Positions 57,424-64,000 of a stretch of 64,000 bases of DNA are shown piece by piece (the first letter of the stretch is position 1; each line of letters opens with the position of its first letter). The stretch covers positions 611-64,610 of the IMG/VR virus record IMGVR_UViG_3300005841_000037. One strand, given 5' to 3'. The notes below the pieces were generated by a model. The model had not been told where the DNA came from, did no database searches, and saw only the letters and a program-made list of their open reading frames with translations. This stretch comes from a virus. Its lineage: Duplodnaviria; Caudoviricetes. Position numbers and translations under genes: made by a program.

Positions 57424-57518
57424 CAGCGGGTGCCGGAATTGAACCGGCCTCCCCGGATGGGGCTGGCTGTTACGCCGCGCCCCAGAGCCAGGTGCATCAC
57501 CAGAGTTGCCAATCCGCC
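57424..57518 (-). tRNA. tRNA-Gln(CTG)-like with 24-nt insertion in the anticodon loop
   Basis: Stem CCTGG/CCGGG encloses 31 nt beginning CTCTG; T arm GCCGG-TTCAATT-CCGGC; G73. Confidence 0.55.
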
Positions 57519-57621
57519 CGCCGGGGGTGCACCTCCCGGCGTTGCCGTGCCGCTCGGCGGAAGCCCGGACCCCACACCTTGCGGTGCTGGTCCCGCCATT
57601 GCCGTCCGCCTTGCAAGAAGA

Positions 57622-57651
57622 ACACTAGCCTTCTGTCACGCCGCGTGTCAA
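57622..57651 (-). promoter_or_regulatory. phage promoter/operator driving the tRNA cluster
   Basis: TTGACA-cgcggcgtgacagaaggc-TAGTGT. Confidence 0.8.
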
Positions 57652-58122
57652 GTCCGTTGCCGGATTTTCTTGTTTCCGCAGGTCAGCGACCTGGTAGTGG
57701 ACCTTCGTAACGTCCTCCGGGGTGATCCGCCACAGCACCGCATGCGGCCGCTGCGGCTCCAGGTCCACCACCATGTGCAGCAGGCCGGGGTCTGTCGCAT
57801 ACCGCCGGTCCGTGATGCTCGGCGCCGCACCCCCGGCCAGGTGCGAATGCACCATCACATACGGCCGGTAACCGAGGCCCTCCAGCTCGTTGTACGCGTC
57901 GAGCAGCTCCTGCGGGTCGACCTCGTAGCGGTAGCGCTTGAAGTCGGCGACGTTCGTCAGCGGCGACCACTCGTCGACGGTGACGTTCGCCAGATATCCA
58001 GCGCCGAGGCGCACCGGCGCGTCGAGGGGGCCCGACAGGATGCCGACGCCCTCTTCGCCGTGCCGGGCGGCCCTGATCATGTGCTGCAGGGCCGCCTCGA
58101 ACGCCGCCTTCCCCATGATCAT
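57625..58122 (-). CDS. JAB/Mov34 (JAMM) metallopeptidase
   Basis: EEGVGIL..VHSHLAGGAAPSITD = E..HxH-x7-S-x2-D. Confidence 0.88.
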   Translation of the reverse strand: MIMGKAAFEAALQHMIRAARHGEEGVGILSGPLDAPVRLGAGYLANVTVDEWSPLTNVADFKRYRYEVDPQELLDAYNELEGLGYRPYVMVHSHLAGGAAPSITDRRYATDPGLLHMVVDLEPQRPHAVLWRITPEDVTKVHYQVADLRKQENPATDLTRGVTEG

Positions 58123-58124
58123 GA

Positions 58125-58820
58125 TCAGGTGGCCGTCGGCCGCGGGGTCGCCACAGGCTGCTGCATAACCGCGAACCAGGCGGCGGCCATCGCGTCATAT
58201 CCGGCCTGCGACGGGTGCAGGGTGTCGCCGAGCAGCGGCGGCGGCACCGCGGCCTGCATGTCCGCCAGGGGCAGCCGGAACCGGGCGGCGATGCTGACCA
58301 CGCGGGCGTTGAAGTCCTGCACCGCGGCTTCCTTGCCGGGGATCAGGGGGATCTTCGCCAGGACCAGGACGCTGCCCGCGGGCAAGTACAGCCGGGTCTG
58401 CATGACCAGCAGCTGCAGGTCCTCGGCCGCCTGCTCCGGGGTGTCGCCGTTGTTGATGTCGTTGGTTCCGGCCATGAGCAGCACCACCTGGGGTGCGGTG
58501 GCCTGGACCCAGGCGGCCGCGTACGGCGTCATCCGGTCCGCGGGCCAGCCGCTGTGGCCCTCGTGGTGGTTGCCGAGGGTGTCGACGACGCTGCCGACGT
58601 ACACGGCGGTCCGGCGGGCGTGGGCCAGTTCGGCGCGGAGCCGGGTGCGGTATCCGGCGCCGTTGCTGCCGGGGCCGTATCCGGCGGTGATGCTGTCGCC
58701 GATGCCGAGGACGGTGATGGGTGTGGGCGCGGCCAGTCGCACCGGGGCGGTGTAGCTCGCAGCCCCGAGGGTGAGGGCGGCGGCCCCGGCGAGCAGGGCC
58801 GCCACCACCTTGTTGATCAT
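58125..58820 (-). CDS. secreted SGNH/GDSL hydrolase
   Basis: Signal peptide, GDSIT, GTND, DTLHP. Confidence 0.9.
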   Translation of the reverse strand: MINKVVAALLAGAAALTLGAASYTAPVRLAAPTPITVLGIGDSITAGYGPGSNGAGYRTRLRAELAHARRTAVYVGSVVDTLGNHHEGHSGWPADRMTPYAAAWVQATAPQVVLLMAGTNDINNGDTPEQAAEDLQLLVMQTRLYLPAGSVLVLAKIPLIPGKEAAVQDFNARVVSIAARFRLPLADMQAAVPPPLLGDTLHPSQAGYDAMAAAWFAVMQQPVATPRPTAT

Positions 58821-59389
58821 TCGTCCGCCTCCAGGGTGATCAGGGTCTCGGGGAGCACGGCCACGGCGCCGGTCTGGTCGACGTGGCACAGGACCGTGCC
58901 GTTGTAGACGGACATGGCCCGGCCGGTCAGCAGGTAAAACTCAAAGCCGTCGTCGTCGGCGACCTTCGGGGCGCCGGTCACGTCGATCCAGCCTTCGGGC
59001 GGGATGAACAGCAGGGAACGCCCGGGGAACCTGACGATCTGTTCGCCGACGAGTTCGGCCCGGAATCGGGCCTGCAGCGGGTGCGGGTTGGCGGGGCGCT
59101 TCTCGCCCCCGTCGACGGCGTCTTCGGCGTCCTCGTCGTCGCCGAGCCCGGCAAGGGGGTTGCCACCGTCGAGCGTGCCCGCGTCGAAGGCCTTCGCGGC
59201 CAGGGCCGCCTCGGCGACGGACGCAAGGACACCGGCAACGGCCAGGGCCGACTGCTGGCGGCCGGACAGTTCCGCTGCCGCCCGGATGCTGCCGCTGGCA
59301 CTCATCGCGCCGGGAAGCTGCCGGTGGATGTCGGCGGCTTCCAGGGCCAGCGCGGCGGCGGTGTCGATGAGCCGGTCGATGTCAGTCAC
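58817..59389 (-). CDS. hypothetical protein
   Basis: GGAG RBS, overlaps neighbours. Confidence 0.65.
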   Translation of the reverse strand: MTDIDRLIDTAAALALEAADIHRQLPGAMSASGSIRAAAELSGRQQSALAVAGVLASVAEAALAAKAFDAGTLDGGNPLAGLGDDEDAEDAVDGGEKRPANPHPLQARFRAELVGEQIVRFPGRSLLFIPPEGWIDVTGAPKVADDDGFEFYLLTGRAMSVYNGTVLCHVDQTGAVAVLPETLITLEADE

Positions 59390-59891
59390 GGAGCAGCTCC
59401 ACGTTCCGGTCGCGGTCGACGGGCCGCGACGGGAGGTCCGCGGCCGGGGGCTCCTCGTCGTCGCCGCGATCGGCGAAGGCGTCGAGCGCGACCCGGCGGG
59501 CCTGCTCGATGACGGTCAGGGCCGTAGAAACGGGATTGCCGTCGTGCTCGACGAGGAAGGCTGTCAGGCCGTTGCGGGAAAGCCCGGCGGCGAGCCGCTC
59601 GATCTCCTGCCCGTCGCGGCGCATCGCCCGGTACGTCTCGTTTTTGACCAGCGTGGCGTTGCCGACCATCTGGAGCGCGGCGAGCACGTCGAGCACCATC
59701 TGCTGGGAGGTCTGGTCAAGCGCGGCCCCGGCGGGCCAGCGGCCCGGCGCGAGCTGACGCACCAGCGCCAGGACGGCGCTGGCGGTCACGGTCTGTTCGT
59801 CGTCGTACTGGGGAAGCTGCTCGGTGTCGCGCGGAATGGCGGGGGTGGGGCGTGCCATGTCGTCCTGGGAGGGATGGTTGAGGTGTGGCAT
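59382..59891 (-). CDS. hypothetical protein
   Basis: AAAGGAG RBS, ATG. Confidence 0.65.
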   Translation of the reverse strand: MPHLNHPSQDDMARPTPAIPRDTEQLPQYDDEQTVTASAVLALVRQLAPGRWPAGAALDQTSQQMVLDVLAALQMVGNATLVKNETYRAMRRDGQEIERLAAGLSRNGLTAFLVEHDGNPVSTALTVIEQARRVALDAFADRGDDEEPPAADLPSRPVDRDRNVELLRD

Positions 59892-59900
59892 GTCGTCTCC

Positions 59901-59970
59901 TTTGTGGTGGGGTGTTTCGGCAGGGGAAGTCGGGGTCGTCACGGCCTGTGTGGTCGATGTGGCTGGTCAG
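59901..59970 (-). repeat. Period-5 GAC-(NNNNC)n array 4
   Basis: gac cagCC acaTC gac cacAC aggCC; gac ttcCC ctgCC gaaAC accCC accAC. Confidence 0.7.
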
Positions 59971-60419
59971 GCGGGCTGGGATTCCACGGTCTGGAGCGGG
60001 CCGTAGCCGTAGCGCACGATACCGGTCTTGCCGCCCGCCAGGGTCTGACGGACCCGGAGAACCTCGGCGGCGGCGTCCCTGGAGTCGACCGGCCCGAGGT
60101 ACCGGAAGCTGACCACCTGGGCGGGCATGACGTGCGTGCCACCCTCGACCTCGAACGACAGGTGCGGCTCCCACTTCGGCGGCGGCTGGATCGGCAGGCG
60201 CTGCGCGAACGCGATGTCGAGCCGGATGATCGCGGCGAAGTGGACCTCGGGCTTGAAGTTCTTCAGCATGTCGAGGTTGACGCTGCCGTCGTCGTTCGTC
60301 GGCGTGTTGAACACGACGCACATGATGTGCTCTTCGCCGTCGGCGGTGCTGAGCAGGATGGCGTACTCCTGGCCGCCCTGGAGCTGCGGGGCGGAGCGGA
60401 GGATCGGGACGTTCGGCAC
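59967..60419 (-). CDS. hypothetical protein
   Basis: GAAGGA RBS + GTG, 150 aa. Confidence 0.65.
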   Translation of the reverse strand: MPNVPILRSAPQLQGGQEYAILLSTADGEEHIMCVVFNTPTNDDGSVNLDMLKNFKPEVHFAAIIRLDIAFAQRLPIQPPPKWEPHLSFEVEGGTHVMPAQVVSFRYLGPVDSRDAAAEVLRVRQTLAGGKTGIVRYGYGPLQTVESQPA

Positions 60420-60431
60420 GCGGAAGTCCTT

Positions 60432-60625
60432 CCGGTGGTGGGGGCGGGTGTCGGTGCAGATCGGCCGGGTTCAGGTTTGTCGGGCTGGTCCGATGAGGCA
60501 TGAGTCGTCGGCCTGGGTGGCTGCGGCACACATCGTCGCTGGGAAAGAAAGGGTGGGGTTCGTCGGGACGGCAATGGGTGCGTAATGGACTGTCGTCGAT
60601 ATGCGGCTTCGGCACGTATGGTCGG
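60432..60625 (-). repeat. Period-5 GAC-(NNNNC)n array 5, CGAC anchors every ~27-30 nt
   Basis: cgac gaaCC ccaCC cttTC tttCC; cgac gacTC atgCC tcaTC ggaCC; cgac aaaCC tgaAC ccgGC cgaTC tgcAC. Confidence 0.8.
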
Positions 60626-60757
60626 ATCGCCCCCCGGAGTGTGGCAGGGAAGCGCCAGTATATGCAACCGCGGACCCTGGTGGTCTGTCCGGTATTCGGG
60701 GCGAGTTTCGTAGAATGTCCGAATTTCTCGAGCAGTGATCATCATCTATGTTCCGTG

Positions 60758-60787
60758 TTGACACGGGTCACCCCGGCGGGGCACCCT
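60758..60787 (+). promoter_or_regulatory. putative promoter of the RAMP gene
   Basis: TTGACA-N18-CACCCT. Confidence 0.45.
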
Positions 60788-60843
60788 GCATCACGCGGCC
60801 ATCGGCCGCGCCACCACAACCCCCATCACGGAGTGTGAAGCGT

Positions 60844-61815
60844 ATGACGTCCCCCGCCAAGGTCGCCGCCGTCAAGGCTGCGGCCCCCAAAAAGACCGCC
60901 CCGGCCCCGCTCATCCCGGTGCAGGTGCCCCCCGCGGTGCTGCCACGGTCGGTGTTCGCGAAGCTCAAGCAGAAGGTGTACAGCCACCGCTACCGGGTGC
61001 GGCTGCACGTCGGGCACCTCGTCGGCGGCACCCCGACCAACGAGAAGGTCGCCGAGGGCTGGATCCGCACGAAGATGGGCCTGCCGACCGACGAACAGAT
61101 CCAGGCTGCTGTCGAGGAGACAATGCGGGCCCGCGGCGTGACCGCGAAGGTCGCCGCCGAGGAGGTCGCCCGGGACCGGAACCTGTCCGGTTTCAAGCGC
61201 AACTTCGACACGCCGATGGCCCGGCTCGTGCAGCAGCAGGCGTCGACGGTCGGCGTCGAGGTCCTCAACCGGGACAACCGCCCCGAACACCGCGTGTTCA
61301 CGCCCGAGGAGGCGGCGGCCACCTTCGGCGAGCTGTACATCGAGGGCCGCCAGATCAAGGCGATGCTCAAGGAAGGCACGAACATCGCCCTCGGCGCCGG
61401 TGCGGCCAACATGGGCGTCAAGGGCAAGGGCTGGGGCGAGACCCGCAAGGGCATCCAGGCCTACCTCGTCGAACACATGTTCGTCCCCGACGAGCAGGTG
61501 CTGCTCGGCGTCACCGACCCGTCCCGGGTCCAGCAGAGCTTCGTGCACACGTGGCGCGGCGCCGGGATCAAGCTGGAGGAGCACCTCGACGAGGCCATCG
61601 TCGAGTTCGAGGTGCACTGCGACGTCGACTTCGAGGCTGCCGACAAGGACTTCTGGGGCAAGGTCATGGTCCGGTGCGAAATGAACGGTCTGGGCTCCAG
61701 CCGGTCGCAGGGCTTCGGCACGTTCTCGACGGTCCGGTTCGAGAAGTGGACCGGCAAGGCCTGGAAGTCGATCGCCGACATCGACGACATCGACCCGATC
61801 CCCGCGGCCGCGTAG
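60844..61815 (+). CDS. stand-alone Cas7/RAMP-superfamily protein
   Basis: YRVRL..LVGGTP first strand, LYIEGRQIKAMLKE (cf. IPGSSLKG), C-terminal G-loop GLGSSRSQGFGTF. Confidence 0.8.
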   Translation: MTSPAKVAAVKAAAPKKTAPAPLIPVQVPPAVLPRSVFAKLKQKVYSHRYRVRLHVGHLVGGTPTNEKVAEGWIRTKMGLPTDEQIQAAVEETMRARGVTAKVAAEEVARDRNLSGFKRNFDTPMARLVQQQASTVGVEVLNRDNRPEHRVFTPEEAAATFGELYIEGRQIKAMLKEGTNIALGAGAANMGVKGKGWGETRKGIQAYLVEHMFVPDEQVLLGVTDPSRVQQSFVHTWRGAGIKLEEHLDEAIVEFEVHCDVDFEAADKDFWGKVMVRCEMNGLGSSRSQGFGTFSTVRFEKWTGKAWKSIADIDDIDPIPAAA

Positions 61816-61835
61816 GCTGGCCCTTGCAGGAACCA

Positions 61836-61874
61836 CACCGCCCCCGGCACTTCCGGCCGGGGGCGGTGCTTTTT
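61836..61874 (+). terminator. intrinsic terminator
   Basis: CACCGCCCCCGGC-N7-GCCGGGGGCGGTG-CTTTTT. Confidence 0.8.
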
Positions 61875-61878
61875 CGTT

Positions 61879-62331
61879 TCAGCGCCGTTCCAGCAGCTCT
61901 TCCGGCGGCGGCCCGTAGGCGAGCGGCCAATAGCCGATGAGGTTGGAGCACAGGGCGCCGGTTTCGAGTTCGGCGCGCAACGTCATCACGTTGTTGCCGG
62001 GGCGGCTGCCGGAACGGGGGCGGCCGAAGTGGGCATCGAGCCAGCCGGGTTCGCCGTATGTCGGCTTCGTCTTCGGCTCGTAGAAGCCGACGACGAGGCC
62101 GCTGCCGGGGCACCGGTCGCCGGGCCGCAGCCACACCGAGGCAACCATGGTGCCGTGTTCGTCGACGTTGTGCCGGGCGAGGGTGCCATTGCGGGTCTCC
62201 CGGACATCCCGGTGGCAGGCGGGGCACACGTACTCGTCTCGCATCGGGGTCGGGTCGTCGACGACGCCGGGCGGAAGGGGCCGGGTGCCGCGCAGGCGGC
62301 GCAGGTTCGCGGCGCGGCCCTGGGTGGTCAC
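61879..62331 (-). CDS. hypothetical protein with Zn ribbon
   Basis: CPAC..LARH..CPGSG. Confidence 0.65.
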   Translation of the reverse strand: MTTQGRAANLRRLRGTRPLPPGVVDDPTPMRDEYVCPACHRDVRETRNGTLARHNVDEHGTMVASVWLRPGDRCPGSGLVVGFYEPKTKPTYGEPGWLDAHFGRPRSGSRPGNNVMTLRAELETGALCSNLIGYWPLAYGPPPEELLERR

Positions 62332-62678
62332 AGCGCCCGCCGGAGGGCGCGGATGTCGACGTCGTAGCCGTGCTGGGCGGCGACCTCGACGAGCCGGGCG
62401 CGGACCTCGGCGCGGGCCTCCCGCACGGCTCGGCCGCCGAGCAGCTCGGCCCGCACGGTGGCGATCCGCACCGCCTCCAGCTTCGACGGGCGGCCCCGCC
62501 CGCCGCGGATCGAATACCCGGCCCGGCGGGCCGCGTCGAGGACCGCGGCACCGGAGGCCGGTGGGTTCATGAGTTCACCGATAACGTGGGACGGCAGGCG
62601 GTAGCTGTTGAGGCGTTCAAGCTGCTCGTAGTCGTCGGCGGTCCAGATGTAGCGCTTCCCGGCGCGTGAGCCGGTCAT
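62328..62678 (-). CDS. possible HTH DNA-binding protein
   Basis: AAGGAGG RBS; WT..D...L..L..IGELM..S..AV (GcrA-like). Confidence 0.55.
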   Translation of the reverse strand: MTGSRAGKRYIWTADDYEQLERLNSYRLPSHVIGELMNPPASGAAVLDAARRAGYSIRGGRGRPSKLEAVRIATVRAELLGGRAVREARAEVRARLVEVAAQHGYDVDIRALRRAL

Positions 62679-62711
62679 CGTGTCCTCCTTGCGTGTGTGG
62701 CGGGGGCAAGG

Positions 62712-62758
62712 CCGAGGCCCCCGGCGCGGGAGGGTGCGCCGGGGGCCTCGGGGTTTTT
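62712..62758. terminator. strong hairpin terminator
   Basis: CCGAGGCCCCCGGCGC-N8-GCGCCGGGGGCCTCGG. Confidence 0.7.
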
Positions 62759-62768
62759 CGGGTGGTGG

Positions 62769-63734
62769 CTAGCGGATCGTGAACTCCGACGGAACCGGCC
62801 ACTCCCGCGGCGGCTGCAGCCGGGTCACCTGGCGGTTGTCCCGCCAAATGTTCCACGCGTGCAGGGTCAGCAGGAACGCCTCGGCGGGCTTCGGCCGGTA
62901 CACGTCGGTGCGCAGCAGCCGGTCGCGGAGCGCCTTCGCCGGGTGACCGTCGTCAAGCCGCTTGCCCTGCACCACGTTCTCGATGATGAACAGGTCGGCC
63001 GCCTCCGGGTCCTTGCGGGCGCACAGCGCCCACGCCATGGCCAGGCGTGAGGACGGCGCCGCGAACTTCAGCCCGACGCCGGTCGCGGCGTACACGACCT
63101 TCATCGATGCGCGGATCTCCTCGGCGTGCTCCGTCAGGTAGGCGCGCAGTTCCGGCTTCGTGGTGAGACCGACGGCGGTACCGCCGGAGTTGAGTCCGAC
63201 GATGATGTCGCGCTCCCACAGCAGCAGCGCACGGGTGACAGCCGCGATGTGGTTCTCGTTCGACCAGCCCTCCAGGCGCAGCGTGTCACCGAACGACCGG
63301 GACTTCCCGGTGTCGATGGTCTCCTGCGCGTCGTCGGGGAGGCCCCGGACCACGATGCACAACTGGGCGGTCTTGGACTTGCGGATGGCGTCGAGGCGGT
63401 GCTGCCCGTCGGACAGGTACACCTCGCCCTTGTGGTCGCCGGTGGCGTGGATGCTGAACCGCACGGTGTCGCCGTTGAAGACGAAGTTGCCGAGCAGCAT
63501 GTCGCGGCTGAGCGCCTCGGCCCGGTCGGCGTACAGGGTCCGGTTCCGGGTGTTGTACATCTTTAGCCAGTGGTCAGCGGTCTCCGGGGTGACTTCCTCA
63601 ACGGTGATGACGACCGGGCCGGTGGGCAGCTCGACGGTCAGGCGCGGCTGGGCCGTGCCGACGCCGAGAGGGTTCCGCTTCGCGTCGAGGGCGGCCGGTG
63701 TCGGCGCCACGAATGCCGGTGCGGGGACTGTCAT
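62769..63734 (-). CDS. ParB/Srx-like (DGQHR) domain protein
   Basis: VTPETA..N.RNR..NGDTV..LSDGQHRL.AI..TIDTGKSRS. Confidence 0.8.
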   Translation of the reverse strand: MTVPAPAFVAPTPAALDAKRNPLGVGTAQPRLTVELPTGPVVITVEEVTPETADHWLKMYNTRNRTLYADRAEALSRDMLLGNFVFNGDTVRFSIHATGDHKGEVYLSDGQHRLDAIRKSKTAQLCIVVRGLPDDAQETIDTGKSRSFGDTLRLEGWSNENHIAAVTRALLLWERDIIVGLNSGGTAVGLTTKPELRAYLTEHAEEIRASMKVVYAATGVGLKFAAPSSRLAMAWALCARKDPEAADLFIIENVVQGKRLDDGHPAKALRDRLLRTDVYRPKPAEAFLLTLHAWNIWRDNRQVTRLQPPREWPVPSEFTIR

Positions 63735-63744
63735 ACATGCTCCT

Positions 63745-63840
63745 TGAAGTGGTGGGGGTGGGGAGGGTAGGAGGGCAAAGTGTGGGTTCGGTGCGTCGGT
63801 CGGTTGATCTGGCGGGCTTCGAGCCGGTGTGTCGTCGTGG
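63745..63840 (-). repeat. Period-5 GAC-(NNNNC)n array 6
   Basis: cgac acaCC ggcTC gaaGC ccgCC agaTC; cgac gcaCC gaaCC cacAC tttGC cctCC tacCC tccCC accCC. Confidence 0.8.
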
Positions 63841-63910
63841 CTTGCGGCCTGAGCGTACGACACACCGGCCCGATTGTCACACCATGTGGCTAGTCGCCGA
63901 GAACATCCAG

Positions 63911-64000
63911 GCCGAGGACGATGTTCCAGTACGCCTCGGTGTCGATGGTGTCGACGTCGACACCATCGACACCGAGGCGTACTGGAACATCGTCCTCGGC
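63911..64000. repeat. perfect palindrome running to the window edge
   Basis: 63911-63955 is the exact reverse complement of 63956-64000. Confidence 0.95.

Noticed and set aside
60432-60625. CRISPR array belonging to the RAMP gene
   Set aside because: Only a 4-nt anchor is conserved; no palindromic repeat/spacer structure

Overview
A ~64 kb high-GC segment of a siphovirus-like actinobacteriophage or prophage. Layout: recombination/replication genes and a 7-gene glycosylation cluster on + (1-12.8 kb); small accessory cassettes, lysis, tail, head and packaging genes on - (12.8-54 kb); a tRNA/tRNA-like cluster (55-57.5 kb); and a mixed early region (57.6-64 kb). Two candidate RNA-guided systems stand out. 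(1) A nuclease-less IS110/Nop-domain (TasA-like) gene flanked by 15 stem-loop units, each with two 9-nt variable segments, i.e. a TIGR-type array (49.0-51.3 kb). (2) A stand-alone Cas7/RAMP-like gene (60844-61815) with no CRISPR array, in a genome carrying six dispersed intergenic arrays with strict 5-nt periodicity, GAC-(NNNNC)n, one of them beside the RAMP gene. Other observations: a TTGACAC-N5-TGACA promoter/operator repeated about 13 times (twice inside an 1843-aa ORF), SOS-box-like sites before late genes, tRNA-like RNAs with inserted anticodon arms, a leader motif shared by scaffold and capsid, a tail-chaperone frameshift, and a perfect palindrome at the window edge. All calls come from manual motif reading; no database search was run.
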